From positions 8,494,001 to 8,558,000 of the forward strand of contig NC_086098.1 in assembly GCF_963921235.1 (NCBI RefSeq): a stretch of DNA of 64,000 bases, read 5' to 3'. The notes beneath the pieces were generated by a model. The model did not search any database. It was not told the origin of the DNA and saw only the letters and a list, made by a program, of their open reading frames with translations. Origin of the DNA: Mobula hypostoma. Its lineage: Eukaryota. This document shows positions 49,527 through 63,952 of the stretch, one piece after another; within the stretch, counting starts at the first letter, position 1; the number at the start of each line of letters is the position of its first letter. A program made the position numbers and the translations under genes.

Positions 49527-50662
49527 CATAAGACCATAAGACATGGGAGCAGAATTAGGCCATTCAGCCCCTCAAATCCACTCCACTATTTCATCATGGC
49601 TGATCTCGTATTCTACAAAACCCCATACACCTGCTCTCTCACCAGATCCCTTGATATCCCAACCAATTAAGAAACTATCAACTTCCACTTTGAATATACC
49701 CACGGACTTGGCCTCCACCAGTCTATGGCAGAGCATTCCACAGATTCACCACTCTTTGGCTAAAAAAATTCCTCCTTACCTCTGTTCTAAAAGGCCACCC
49801 CTCAATTTTGAGGCTGTGCTCTCTAGTTCTGGATGCCCCCACCACAGGAAACATCCTCTTCACATCCACCTTACCTAGTCCTTTCAATATTCGGTAGGTT
49901 TCAATAAGATCTCCACTCATTCTTCTAAGTTCCAATGAGTTCACAACCAAAGCTGCCAAATGTTCCTCATATGTTAACCCTTTCATTCTTGGAATCATCC
50001 TTGTGAACCTCTGGACTCTCTCCAATGACAACACATCCTTTCTGAGATATGGGGCCTAAAACTATTGACAATATTCCAAGTGCAGCCTGACTAGTGTCTT
50101 ATAAAGGCTCAGCATTATCTCCTTGCTTATAATCTACTCCCCTTGAAATGAATGCCAACATTGCATTCGCCTTCTTTACCACAGACTCAACCTGCAAATA
50201 AACCTTCTGGGAGTCTTGCACAATGACTCCTAGGTCCCTCTGCACCTCTGCAGTTTGAATTTTTTCCCCATTTAGATAATGGTCTGCACTGTTGTTCCTT
50301 TCACCAAAATGCATTGTCATACATTTCCCAACACTGTATTCCATCTGCCATTTTTTGCCCATTCTTCCAATTTGTCTAAGTCCTGCTCCAATTGCATTAC
50401 TTCCTCAGCACTACCTACCACCCCCCCCCATCTTCATATCATCCGCAAACGTTGCCACAAAGCCATCAATCCCATTACCCTAATCATTGACAAACAGTGT
50501 GAGAAGTAGCGGTCCCAATACTGACCTCTGAGGAACACCAGCAGTCACTGGCAGCCAGCCAGAAAAGACCCCCTTTATTCCCACTCACTGCCTCCTGCCT
50601 GTCAGCCATTTCTCTATCTATGCCAGTATCTTTCCTGTAACACCATAGGATTCTATCTTGTT
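49527..50662 (-). mobile_element. CR1 LINE 3' part
   Basis: KWQMEYSVGKC…RDLGVIV; FFSQRVVNLWNALP; tail (tcttatgg)n. Confidence 0.9.
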
Positions 50663-52906
50663 AAGGCATAGGTCGGGTGGATAGCCAGAGACATTTTCCC
50701 AGGTGAAAAAGGTGATTGGAGGAAAGTATGGGGTGGTGGGACGTTGGGAGCCTGTTCTTTACACAGAGAATGGTTAGTGCATACTACGTGCTGTACATTA
50801 GGGGCATTTAGGAAACTCTTAGATAGGCACATGGATGATAGAAAATCTTCCAGATAGCAAATCTTTTAAATTATTTCACTTTTTGGCCTTCTGCTTGTTC
50901 TTTTTGTTTTGTTTGTGTTGTGGAAACTGTTGGAGCCTGCGATGTACAGTTTGGAACCTGCTCGAAAGATCTAGCGCTCTGCTGTGTCAGGAGAGCTGCC
51001 ACATTGAAATTAGAGACGAGGATTGAGAAGGACCGAGATCACAAGCTGACTCTTGGAAAAGTCGGGGTGTGGGGTCAAGAACGACTCCACCTCGAAGCAG
51101 CGAGGAAGATTGAAGCATCAGGGTGAATGCAGAGGGGTCAGCGATCTCTCCCGACAGAAACCACTGAGTTGGCGGCATTCAGACCTGGTCTGCGATCGCT
51201 CTGACAGAGGCCTGATGGTCAGTGATCACGCCCAACAGAGGCCACTGTTCAGACCAGGCGTGAGTTCTGAGTCACGGAAGGATTGTTCGATGTTCTGAGA
51301 TTTATGTGATTCAACTGTACTTTATATTGGTCTCCTTCGGTTTTTCAACGTTTTCTTTCTTGTGGCCGATTGGTGGGTGGGTGATATGCTAGTTCTTTGT
51401 GTGAATGGGGGTGGGGAGATTTTGATGCTACTGTTGCTGTTTTTTGTCTGAAGGGGTCAAGGATTGTTACTGTCATTGTTTTTTCCTATGGGAGTGTTGC
51501 CATTGTCACTCTTCTTTTTCTGCAAGTGAGGGGGTCAGGGACTGTATTGTAGGGAGGGGGTGGGAATTCTGGGGTCTGTGAGTTTTTGTTTCTTTTTCAT
51601 GTGTATTTCATGGCTATCTGGAGAAGACAAATAACAGAGTTGTATTGTACATGCATACTTTGACAATAAAGTGAACCTTCGAACTTTTGAAATGGAGGAT
51701 TATGTAAGAGGGAAGGATTAGACTAATCTTCGAGTAGGTTAAAAGGTTGGCACAACATTGTGGGCACTGGACTGAATGGCAATCACTCCTATAGTACAAA
51801 AACCTTTGTGCTTGTTACAAGATCCACTAGTGTAAGAGAGTCAAATTAGCCATGTTTGTGGTTTTTCTGCTGCTCCCCCCCCCCCCCCGCCCCACTGACC
51901 TGGACCAGAGACTTAGCTCTCAGGCAGTCACTCTCCACCTTTATCAGAGTGGTTGATTATGAGTCTGCGGTTCCTACATTCACTTCATTAGTACCTCAGG
52001 ATCCAGGAATATTTCATTTTATATTAATAGGAAGTTATTTTGGCTTCATAACAGCATCAATGTTGCCATATAATTTTTGTGTCAAATTGCCTAAAACACA
52101 CACTTAGGTGCGAGGCGCAAGTCCCCCAACGGGTGGTAGTCTCACACTGCTGGCCAGCGCATCTGCGGCTACAGAAAAAACCTGCAATTTCAAGATGATG
52201 AACAGTATCAGTTCCAAAAGTGTTCGTAAGATATCAAACTGAATATATTAGCGTAAATCTATGCAGATTGAATTAGCAAATGGCGGAGCAGTGCACTCAA
52301 CTTTTCATAAATAAAAGTGTGAGATGTTTGAGAAAAGCCAAGGTCTGCTCTCTCTTGAAGCAGCATTCTCATGCTGTGCTCAATTTGCTGTGAAAGTGCT
52401 TTAATTTGCTTCATGCAGGAAAACTGTCTTATCAAGTGTGCAAAGACATGCACCACACTGTGAACCACAAATGACAACTTCAGAACTGGCACTACCACCA
52501 GGGAGAAGCACTCACAAATCAGGATCAAAATCCAACTCATCTTCAGCATGTCTGCTGACTCTTGTTGTCATTTCACAGCTCCACTCTTTTCATTCGGCAT
52601 CAATAGTATTGTCAGTGTTTCCAAAACAGGCTGATCACGAACTACATTTGTGTGATAACAAAAGTTCAATTTATTATCAAAATACCTAATACAGTGGCCA
52701 CTGAGTGTATGTTCATGGTCTTCTGCAGCTGTAACTAATCCAATTCAAGGTTCAACCAGTTGTGCATTCAGAGATGTTCTTCTGCACACCACTGTTGTAA
52801 TCCGTGGTTATTTGAGTTACTGTCACCTTCCTGTCGGCTTGAACCAGTCTCTCCCTGTCCTTAGTTGTTTATTCCACATCTATTAGTGCAGAGTAGATTA
52901 TTGAGA

Positions 52907-53510
52907 ATGACTCCAGGGACAGTGCTTTGTAGTCTGTGTGGGATGTGGGAAGTCTGGGAGACCTCCAGTCTCCCAGATAAACACATCTGCACCCGGTGCA
53001 CTGAGTTGCCGCTCCTGAGAAAACGTATTAAGTAACTGGAGCTGCAGCTTGGCGACCTTCGGCTCATACGGGAGAAGGAAGAGGTGATAGACAGGAGTTA
53101 CAGGGAGGTTGTTACCTCTAAGTTGCAGGAGACAGGGAACTGAGTGACTGTCAGGAGAAGGAGGGGAAATTCACAGCTAGTGCAGAGTACATCAGTGGCC
53201 AGTCCCTTCAATGATAAGTACATAACTTCAGATATTATTGAGTGGGGCAACTTCCTGGGGGGAGCCACACTGGGAGTCTATGGCACAGAGTCTCGTGCTG
53301 TAGCTCAGAAGAGCAGAGAGATGAAGAGGACTGCAGTGTTGATAGGAGACTCCATAGTCAGAGGAACAGAGACGAGATTCTGTGGGCATGATAGAGATGC
53401 CTGGATGATATGTTGCTTTCCTGATACCAGGATCAGGGATGTCTCAGATCGGGTCTATGGCACCTTCAAGGGCGAGGGTGAGCAGCCAGAAGTCTTGGTA
53501 CACACTGTCA
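52907..53510 (+). pseudogene. CR1 ORF1 remnant (zinc finger, coiled coil, SGNH/esterase start)
   Basis: MTPGTVLCSLCGMWE…HICTRC…; VLIGDSIVRG…CCFPDTRIRDV; in-frame stops. Confidence 0.8.
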
Positions 53511-53537
53511 CTGTCATACTGTCAAATGAGGAGATCA

Positions 53538-55912
53538 TAGACATAGAAACGTAGAAACACAGAAAACCTACCGCACAATACAGGCCCTTCGCCCCACAAT
53601 GCTGTGCCATTCATGTACTGACTTTAGAAATTACCTAGGGTTACCCATAGCCCTCTGTTTTCCTAAACTCCATGTACCTATCCAGGAGTCTCTTAAAATA
53701 CCCGATTGTATCTACCTCCAGCACCGTCGCCGGCAGCCCATTCCACGTACTCACCGCTCTCTGCATAAAAAACTTACCCCTGGCATCCCCTCATTACCTA
53801 TTTATAACCACCTTAAGACTATGCCCTTCATGTTAGCCATTTCAGCCCTGGGAAAAAGCCACTGACTATCCACACGATCAATGCCTCTCATCATCTTATA
53901 CACCTCTCTCATGTCACCTCTCATCCTCCATTGCTCCAAGGAGAAAAGGCCAAGTTCCCTCAATCTATTCTCATAAGGCATGCTCCCCAATCCAGGCAAC
54001 ATCCCTGTAAATCTCCTCTGCACCCTTTCTATGGTTTCCACATCTCTCCTGTAGCGAGGTGACCAGAACTAAGCACAGTACTCCAAGTGGGGTCTGACCA
54101 GTGTCCTATATAGCTGTAACATTACCTCTTTGCTCTTGAACTCAATCCCACAGCTGATGAAGGCTAATACACCATATGCCTTCTCAACGACACAGTCAAT
54201 CTGTGCAGCAGCTTTGACTGTCCTATGGACTCCGACCCCAAGATCCCGCTGATCCTCCACATTGCCAAGAGTCTTACCATTAGTACTATATTCTGCCAAC
54301 ATATTTGACCTACCAAAATGAACCACCTCACACTTATCTGGATTGAACTCCATCTGCTATTTCTCAGCCCAGTTTTGCATCCTATCAATGTCCTACTGTA
54401 ACCTCTGACAGCCCTCCACACTATCAACAACAACCCCAACCCTTGTGTCATCAGCAAATTTACTAACCCATCCCTCCACTTCTTCATCCAGATCATTTAT
54501 AAAAATCACGAAGAGTAGGGGTCCCAGAAAAGATCCCTGAGGCACACCACTGGTCACTGACCTCTATGCAGTATATGACCCATCTACAACCACTCTTTGC
54601 CTTCTGTGGGCAAGCCAGTTCTGGATCCACAAAGCAAGGTGCCCTTAGATCCCATGCCTCTTTACTTTCTCAATAAGCCTCCCATGGGGTACCTTATCAA
54701 ATGATTGCTGAAATCCATATACACTACATCTACGGTCTACCTTCATCAATATGTTTTAACAAAACCACGCTGACTATTCCTAATCATATTATGCCTCTCC
54801 AAATGTTCATAAATCCTGCCTCTCAGTATGTTCTCCATCAACTTACCAACCACTGAAGTAAGACTCACTGGTCTATAATTTCCTGGGGTATCTCTACTCC
54901 CTTTTTTGAATAAGGGGACAACATCTGCAATACTCCAATCCTCCGGAACCTTTCCCGTCCCCGTTGATGATGCAAAGATCATTGCCAGAGGATCAGGAAT
55001 CTCCTCTCTCGCTTCCCACAGTAGCCTGGGGTATATCCCGTCCGGTCCCAGTGACTTATCCAATTTGATGTGTTCCAAAAGCTCCAGCACATCCTCTTTC
55101 TTAATGTCTATATGCTCAAGTGTTTCTGTCCGCTGTAATTCCAATTGCCAAGGTTCTTTTCCGTAGTGAATACCGAAGCAAAGTATTCATGAAGTACCTC
55201 CATTACTTCCCCAGTTCCATACACACCTTTCCACTGTCACACCTGATTGGTCCTGTTCTCTCATGTCTTGTCCTGAGGGTAGCAGACACCAACAGAATCA
55301 ACAAACTCATTCGTAAAGCCAGTGATGTTGTGGGGATGGAACTGGACTCTCTGACTGTGGTGTCTGAAAAGAGGATGCTGTCCAAGTTGCATGCCATCTT
55401 CGACGATGTCTCCCATCCACTACATAACATATTGGTTGAGCACAGGAGTACATTCAGCCAGAGACTCATTCCACCGAGATGCAGCACAGAGCGTCATAGG
55501 AAGTCATTCCTGCCTGTGGCCATCAAACTTTACAACTCCTCCCTTGGAGGGTCAGACACTCTGAGCCAATAAGCGGTCCTGGACTTATTTCCTGGCATAA
55601 TTTACATATTACTATTTAATTATTTATGGTTTTATTCCTATTTAATTATTTATGGTGCAACTGTAACGAAAACCAATTTCCCCCGGGATCAATAAAGTAT
55701 GACTATGACTATCCTCTTGCTCTTCACGTACTTGCAGAATATCTTGGGGTTTTCCTTAATCCTGCTCATCAAGGCCTTCTCATGGCCCCTTCTGGCTCTC
55801 CGAATTTTATTCTAAAGTTCCTTCCTGCTAGCCTTATAATCTTTAGAGCTCTATCATTACCTAGTTTTTTCAACCTTTCATAAGCTTTTCTTTTCTTCTT
55901 GCCTGAATATTC
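53538..55912 (-). mobile_element. CR1 LINE ORF2, internally deleted, interrupted by Rex1
   Basis: KSLGPDGIYPRLL…PGNYRPVSLTSVVGK; LYRTLVRPHLEYC; tail (tttctatg)n. Confidence 0.92.
55275..55711 (+). mobile_element. Rex1/Babar LINE 3' end
   Basis: RINKLIRKASDVVG…SHPLH…RCSTERHRKSFLPVAIKLYN; aataaagtatgactatgacta tail; possible tcct TSD. Confidence 0.85.
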
Positions 55913-55915
55913 AAC

Positions 55916-57082
55916 TTCGTCAGGACTAACTGAAAGAAGAAACAGTAAGAGATTTGAAAGTGGGAGGGAGAGGGGGAGATCCGAAATGATAGGAGAAGAC
56001 AGGAGGTGGAGGGATAGAACTAAGAGCTGGAAAGTTGATTGGCAAAAGGGATACAAGGCTGGAGAAGGGAGAGGATCATGGGATGGGAGGCCTAGGGAGA
56101 AAGAAAGGGGGAGGGGAGCGTCAGAGGAAGATGGAGAGCAGACAGAGTTATTATGAGAGGGACAGAGAGAGAAAAAAGAGAGAGAGAGAAAAAAGGGGGA
56201 AAAAAGAAAAAAAATAATAAATAATAAATAAATAAGGGATGAGGTAAGAACAGGAGGTGGGGCATTAACAAAAGTTAGAGAAGTCAGTGTGCATGCCATC
56301 AGGTTGGAGGCTACCCAAACGGAATATAAGGTGTTGTTCCTCCAACCTGAGTGTGGCTTCATCTTGACGGTAGAGGAGGCCGTGGAGAGACATATCAGAA
56401 TGGGAATGGGACGTGGAATTAAAATGCTGGTGTGATATACTGCGTCCGGTGCTCCCGGTGCAGCCTTCTATATATTGGTGAGACCCGACGCAGACTGGAA
56501 GACCATTTTGCTAAACACCTACGCTCTGTCCACCAGAGAAAACAGGATCACCCAGTGGCCACACATTTTAATATATATTCTGTCTGGGTAGCCTCCAACC
56601 CGATGCCATGAACATTGACTTCTCTAACTTCTGTTAATGCCCCTCCTCCTGTTTGTACCCCATCCCTTATTTTTTTCATTTTTTCCCCTGTTTTTCCTCT
56701 CTCTCTTTTCTCTCTGCCCCTCTCACAATAGTTCCTTGCCTGCTCTCCATCTTCCTCTGGCGCCCCCTCCCCCTTTCTTTCTCCCTAGGCCTCCCGTCGC
56801 ATGATCCCCTCCCTTCTCCAGCCTTGTATCCCTTTTGCCAATCAACTTTCCAGCTCTTAGCTCTATCCCTCCACTTCCTGTCTTCTCCTATCATTTCAGA
56901 TCTCCCCCTCCCCCTCCCACTTTCAAATCTCTTACTATCTCTTCTTTCAGTTAGTCCTGATGAAGGGTCTTGGCCCGAAATGTTGACTGTGCTTCTTCCT
57001 ATGGAGGCTGTCTGGCCTGCTGCGTTCCATCAGCGTTTTGTGTGTGTTGCTTGAATTTCCAGCATCTGCAGATTTCCTCGTG
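55916..57082. mobile_element. Head-to-head inverted pair of Penelope 3' parts
   Basis: Minus arm 55916-56427 is joined directly to plus arm 56428-57082. Confidence 0.88.
56953..56988 (+). ncRNA. Hammerhead ribozyme motif (CpG-decayed)
   Basis: AGTC-CTGATGA-AGGGTCTTGGCCC-GAAA-TG-TT-GACT. Confidence 0.6.
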
Positions 57083-57086
57083 AGTG

Positions 57087-58082
57087 CTAACTGGAGAGTA
57101 GGTTCTTGGGAAACTGAAAGGTCTGAAAGTCACCTGGACCAGATGGTCTATACCCCAGAGTTTTGAAGGAGGTGGCTGAAGAGTTTGTGGAGGCACTAGT
57201 AACGATTTTTCAAGAATAACTAGATTCTGGAACAGTTCTGGAAGACTGGAAAATTGCAAATGTCACTCCACTCTTCAAAAAGGGAGAGAGGCAGATGAAA
57301 GGAAATTATAGGCCAGTTAGTCTGACCTCAATCTCTGAGAAGATGTTGGAGTCAATTGTTAAGGAAATGGTTTCAGGGTACTTGGTGACACATGGTAAAA
57401 TAGGCCGCAGTCAGCATAGTTTCCTCAGTGAAAATCTTGCTTGACAAAATTTGATCGAATTCTTTGAAGAAGTAACAATCAGGATAGACAAATGAGAATT
57501 GGTTAATGTTGTGTACTTGGATTTTCAGAAGGCGTTTGACAAGGTGCTACACATGAGGCTGCTTATCAAGCTGGAAGCCCATGGTATTACAGGATAGATT
57601 TCAGCATGGATAAAGCAGTGGCAGATTGACAGGAGGGAAAGAGTGGGAATAAAGGGAGCCTTTCCTGGTAGGCTGCCAGTGATTAAATATGTTCCACGGG
57701 ACTGTGTGTTGGGACCGATTCTTTTTACGCTATATGTCAATGATCTGGATGATGGAATTGATGTCTTTATTGCAAAGTTGGCAGAGAGTACAAAGATAGG
57801 TGGAGGGCAGGTAGTTTTGAGGAAATAGAGAAGCTACAGAAGGACTTTGGCAGATTAGGAAAATGGGCAAAGAATTGGCAGGTGAAATACAGTGCTGAGA
57901 AGTGTATGGTCATGTGCTTGGTAGAAGAAATGAAAGGGTTGACTATTTTCTAAGTGGAGAGAAAATACAAAAATATGAGGTTCAAAGAGATTTGGGAGTC
58001 CTTGTGCAGGATTCTCTAAAGATTAACTTGCTGATTCAGTCTATGGTGAGGAAGGTAAATGCAATGTTAGCATTCATTTCAA
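57087..58082 (+). mobile_element. CR1 ORF2 RT fragment, old
   Basis: ggaaattataggccagttagtctgac (GNYRPVSLT), DFQKAFDKV, VLGPILFTLYVNDLD. Confidence 0.88.
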
Positions 58083-59434
58083 CTGTTCCTGACCCTCTTT
58101 CCCCATGACAGCAACAAGAAGAAAGCATGGTGTGGATGGTGGAGAACCAGTCCCCTCACCTGGCTTCACCTATCTCCTGCCAACTTGTACTCCTTCTCCT
58201 CCCTCTAGCTTCTTATTCTGGCTTCTTCCCCCTTCCTTTTCAGTCCTGATAAAGGATGTCAGCCTGAAAATGCATCTGGTTATTCCCCTCCCTAGATGCA
58301 GCCTGACCTGCTGCATCCTCCAGTATCTCGTGCGTGTTGCTCTGTATTTCAAGCCTCTGCGGGATCTCTTATGGTTAGAATATTGATCAATTATTAAGAT
58401 ATTTATTTGGGATAGTGAAAAGTACAGTTGGTGAATAAAAGATCTTTAATGGATTCGTTTTCATTGAATTGGAAACAGTTGCTTTATACCTTCAGACATC
58501 AGTTCAAATTTGCCCAAATTTTTATATATTGTTAACTGCAAAAATAAAATGTTAGTCTGTCTTAATACATATCCACAACATAACCTGAAGATGGCATTAA
58601 ATAAAATAAACCTCTCTCTAAGTAATTGGAGGTAGGACAACTAATAGGAGCATTATTTATTTACTCATTTATTATTGTAATTATTTGTTTTCTTTAATTT
58701 GCTCAGTTTGTCATCTTTTACACATTAGTTGCTTGTCAAACTTTCTGTGTAGTTTTTCATTGATTCTCTTCTATTTCTGTGTCCTCTATGAAATATCATC
58801 ATCATCATTGCGTGAGAAACCTAGAAACCCAACACTCTACAGCTCACTGCAGAGGCCTGCAGGGCTCATGACAGGAACGGTTTATAGAACATAAATCATG
58901 GAACAGTACAGGCCCTTCAGCCTCTAATGTTGTGCCAAGCTTTTCACCTACTGTGAAATCAATCTCACCCTTCCCTCCTACATAGCCCTCCATTTTCCTT
59001 TCTAAGAGTTTCTTCAATGCCCATAATGTACCTGCCTCTACCACCAAACCTGGTAGGCCATTTCACGCACTCACTATGCTTTTACCCCTGACCTTTCCCC
59101 TATACTTTCCTCCAATCACATTTAAATTATGTGCCCTTGTATTACCTATTTCCAACCTGGCTGTCCGTTCTATCCATACCTCTTTTGTCTTCTACAGCTC
59201 CAAGACAAATATATTAAATGTATTTTAATATGGAAAAATGTGAGGTGATACATTTTCATTGGAAAAGTGAAGAGAAGCATTAGAACATATATACAAAACC
59301 TATAAAACTTCCAAAGGTCAGGTAATGTCTCTGCAAGGGTAAAAAATGTAATCAATAATTTGGGTCTGTCACCTATTGCCAGAACTCTCTCTCCTTTGGG
59401 TCTAAAGGAAGTCCATAAGAATAATTTTGGGAAC

Positions 59435-59900
59435 AAAAGGGTTTATGTGTGAGGAGCATTTGATGGCTCTAGGCCTGTACTTGCTGGAATTTAGAAGAAT
59501 CTGGGAGGTGGGGTGGTGGGATCTTATTGAAACATATTGAATATTGAAAGCCCTAGATAGAATGGATGTAGGATGGATGTTTCCTATAGTGGGGAAGTCT
59601 AGGACCAGAGAGCAGAGCCTCAGGATAGCGCAAAGTCCATTTTGGACAGAGAAGAGGAAGAAATTCTGTTAGCCAGAGAGCAGAGAATCTGAGGAATTAA
59701 TTGCCATAGGTGACTGTAGAGGCCAAATCTTTGGGTATATTTAAAATGGAGGATGATAGGTTCTTGTTTAGTAAGAGTGTCAAATGTTACAAGGAGGAGG
59801 CTGGAGAATGGGTTTGAGAGAGATAATGAATCAGCCATGATGGAATGGTGGAGCAGACTCAATGGGCTGAATGGCCTAATTCTGCTCCTATGTCTTATGG
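59435..59900 (+). mobile_element. CR1 3' fragment
   Basis: Homology to 8400-8830; tail tatgtcttatgg. Confidence 0.78.
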
Positions 59901-60229
59901 GTTAAAGAGTACTGACACTGACATGAGCAAAAATGTTTATCTGCAATGTAGTGTTTGAGTCTGGAAGCCATTGCCTGCAGTTGGAGTTCCATCGTAAGGA
60001 GAACTTAAGTAAATTAGCAAAGAAGAAAAATTTACAACACTACAGAGAAAGGACTTGGGGAGATGGGAGGTGGAGATGTTTGGATTGAAAACTGGTGCAG
60101 CCCCAATACTCTCCAGGAATCTAACATTCACACTTAAATAATTATCATATGCTCAATGAGAATTTTCAATGCCTAATGCACCTCATCTTGAACTCATTCA
60201 ATAAAAACTGGCAGCACAGAGACACCGAG

Positions 60230-60300
60230 CCTTCAACCAAAGCACTGAATACTTATTCCTCTCCATAGATACTGCCTGATCTGCTGAGTTCCTCCAACAT

Positions 60301-60331
<31 letters not shown>

Positions 60332-60360
60332 CAGGATTTCCAGTATCTGCAGAACATTTT
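60230..60360 (+). mobile_element. Short Penelope tail copy with (TG)n microsatellite at 60301-60327
   Basis: ccatagat…ctgctgagttcctcca…(tg)n…cagtatctgcaga. Confidence 0.7.
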
Positions 60361-62330
60361 ACATCAGTGAAAATTAACCTGATCCTGAGTCTTGGCATTC
60401 ACTGGAATCAGATCCCACCACTCCCAAAACACTAAAGTTTCTTTCATATCTCCCCCTTTCCAACCAATCAATGCCTCCAGATTCTGATTAACCTCCAGCC
60501 CAACCTAATAAATGCCAGGCTCCCCTTCCTTGTGCTCTGCTCCTGGCTGTTCGTCCTTGTGCCCAAAAAAACAGCTTAAATTCCACTCTGCAACAACACA
60601 CAGCCTTGAGAAGATCTCACCTTTGTATACAATAGTGTCCCAGCTCTGCCTCCCTGCCAATATCAGGACGAAAGCCTGAGTTACTAAGATGTAGACTATC
60701 TAAAACTGTACTTCCTTACATTTGTACAGCCATGGCAGTCTCGCTGTTAGCAGAGCGCTATTGATTCTTGGGGGCCTTGGGAATGCGCAGCACAGATCAA
60801 ATATCGTTGTGATGATTGTACGCTCTAGTATCAATTGTTTGGCCACAATAAAGTAAAATTCAGAATTCAATTACAGCACTGAGTGTAAGCGGTTTGTACG
60901 TTGTTCCCGTGACCGCGTGGGTTTCCTCCGGGTGCTCCGGTTTCCTCCCGCAGTCTAAAGGTGCACCAATTACTAGGTTAATTAGTTGTTGTAAATTGTC
61001 CAGTGTAGATTGGTCTTTGAGCCGCTGATAGGGGGGCTCGGACAAGTGATGTGGCAGATTGTAACATCGAAACTGCGAGCTGTTGGTCTCCCTCTCGTCT
61101 GTTGCAGGAGCAACGTCTCTCTCTCCTTCACTAGTGGGAGATGGAGAGCCTGTCTGAGATGTCGAAGTGTTGGGATGGACAGTAGTTTTTGATGGACTCT
61201 AGACCATGGTCTCTGGGGGCTTTGCCGTTGCTTGCATGGTGGGCGGGGGGAGGGATTGATGCTTTTGCTGCTGCTTGTGCATGGGAGGGGGAGGGGGTCT
61301 TTGGGGTTCTAACGTTTCTGTCATTCATTCTCTGGTGATATGTTTCTGTTTTGTGGGTGTCTGTGAAGAGTAAGAATAAAAGTTGTATACTGTATACATT
61401 CTCTATTGAACTATTGAATAGGCTGGGGTTAAATAGGCAGGTGGCTGAGCAGTACAGCTCACTGGGCAGGAAGAGCCCGTTCCAAATAAATAAATAGATA
61501 AATTGCATTGACTGGTATTTTCTAGTTAAGTCCAACATCATCGTTTGTGAGTAGATGGTGTTCCTACGTCTCTGTGACAAGTTGTCTAGAAAGTCGATAC
61601 GAGTCCCGATTGACTGTTTATTCATTTCCATAGACTCTGCCTGAGTGGCTCAGTTCCTCCAGTGTTTTGTGTGTGGTGAGCAAGAATGTAGTGGCGTACC
61701 TTTACTTTTAATTCACTTTGAACTTTGGCTGGAAAACTGAACTCTACCTTGCAATATGACAGGAAAATATTGGCTTGTCACTATTTCAAATCAGAGTAGC
61801 AGACAACTGCTTGGTTACATCCACATAAATAGCAGCAATATCAAGGTCAGCCTTTATGTTCTCAATGCGCAAACACATTCTCTCACTCTGGTGTCTATGT
61901 GCCTTAGGCGCATCATAAAATTGACTGCTTCCATTTTTCTCAGTTTCTTCTAGTTATTTTCAGTCGCCAGGGAATACAAAATGCCTCTGCTTAGGCGATG
62001 TAATTTGACTTGTCATGCAAACAGACTAGCAAGTGTCTAGTTGGGTTTTATCATAATAGCTGGAAGGGAAGAAACAGAAGATGCGTGTAATCCTTGAAGA
62101 TTAATGCTTCTTCTGCTCTCACCTGACAGGCCTTTGGCTTGTGCTATAATAATCAGGCATTTAATACAGCAACATATCACTCACTTCACTCTCAATAAGA
62201 ACTGAATGAGAAGAGGTAGCTTTACAGAGGTATTTTGGCACCAGCTCCTGTCACCCGCACAGGATCTACAACAATTTAAGCTGAAACACCTCACGAAACT
62301 TCGCATTTGTTGGCACTCTTTTTAGAGTCT

Positions 62331-62410
62331 AAAGGTTCCCAACCGGTGGTCCACAGACCCCTTGGTTAATGGTAGGGGTCAATGGCAAAAAAAAAGATTG
62401 GGAACCCCTG
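62331..62410. mobile_element. hAT MITE copy
   Basis: ggttcccaacc…ttgggaacccctg. Confidence 0.6.
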
Positions 62411-63569
62411 GTTAGGCTATAAGATCATGAGACATAGAAGCAGAATTAGGCCATTTGGCCCATCAACACAGATGCACCCCCATCCAAAATTATAGCTTGG
62501 TTTTGGCAAGTAATCAGAAATTTCATCCAGGAATTGTCCAGATTCACAATAGGTAATGTATAGAATGATTGTGTTATTTTGCCTGTTGAAACTGGGTTTA
62601 ATGCTTTTATTTTATGTCCTTAATTCATCATTTTGTTATAATTTACAGATTTTGTCATTCTTCCTACAAGAGGCATTTATATTCAGACTGTTAGCATCAT
62701 AGATTAAGACAAATCAGATTCAGATCATTTATTTATCATACATACAGTGAAGTGTACCATTTGTATTAACAAGTAACAGACCTAAGGATGTGCAAGTGTC
62801 ACCAAACATTGCAGGGCCAACATAGCATGTCTACAATGTTCAGCAGAACAGCACAAGCATCGACAACCACAGAACAAGAGCATCAAAACAACAACAGCAA
62901 ACCGAGCCCCATTCCTGCCTCTCACTCACCTGCCCCATACACAGCCAATTTCTAAACTCTGGATTGGTCATCTTCATCCTCCAGCCTCCTTTGGACTCGT
63001 AGACTGCAGACTTCGGGCCTTCGACTTTCCCAGCGGACTTGTAGGCTCCAGCTATCCTTGACTTACGGATTTCCATTTGAACTTCATGCTCCAAGTCCAT
63101 CCACTGACAGATCTTTACATTTACCGTAAAGATCTCCAACTTAATTTCTTTTCCTGTTTCAAAATATTTTTCTATTTCCCCTTTACAACTGTTACAGTTA
63201 TCATCATCATTATGTGCCATGTCATAGGATGTGGGCGATCATGGTCTTTCCCTGACCATGATTGCTCCTGGCAAATTTTTCTACAGAAATGGCCTGCCTA
63301 TGCCTTCTTCTGGGCAGTGTCTTAACAAGACAGGTGACCCCAGTCATTATCAATACTCTTCTGCCTGGTGTCAGTAATCACATAATCAGGACTTGTGATC
63401 TGCACCAGCTGCTCATACGACCATCCACCACCTGCTTCCATGGCTTCATGTGACCCTGATCGGGGGTGCTAAGCAGATGCTACAACTTGCCCAAGGGTGA
63501 CCTGCAGGCTAGCAGAGGCAAGGAGCTCCTTACACCTCCTTTGGTAGAGACGTACTTCTCTCAACCGCA

Positions 63570-63952
63570 GGACTCTGTAGAGAGTGGTGACGACAGCCCA
63601 GTGCATCAGTAGATGTGAACTTCCCACTATTCAGGACATTTACAAAGACAGGTGTGTGAAAAGGGCCCGATGGATCATTGGGGACCCAAGTCACCCCAAC
63701 CACAAACCAACCAGCTGCTACCATCCGGGAAACAGTACCACGGCATAAAAGCCAGGACCAACGGTCTCTGGGACAGCTTCTTCCACCAGGCCATCAGACT
63801 GATTAACTCATGCTGACACAACTGTATTTCTATGTTATATTGTACATACTATTTATTACATTTACTATAAATTGCACATTTAGACAGAGACGTAACATAA
63901 AGATTTTTACTCCTCATGTATATGAAGGATGTAAGTAATAAAGTCAATTCAA
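63570..63952 (+). mobile_element. Rex1-type LINE 3' fragment
   Basis: RTL*RVVTTAQCISRCELPTIQDIYKDRC…; aataaagtcaattcaat tail. Confidence 0.75.

Noticed and set aside
55769..57054. Hydrophobic Ser/Leu/Pro-rich ORFs (also 16478-17005) as membrane proteins
   Set aside because: Translations of the pyrimidine-rich Penelope 3' UTR.
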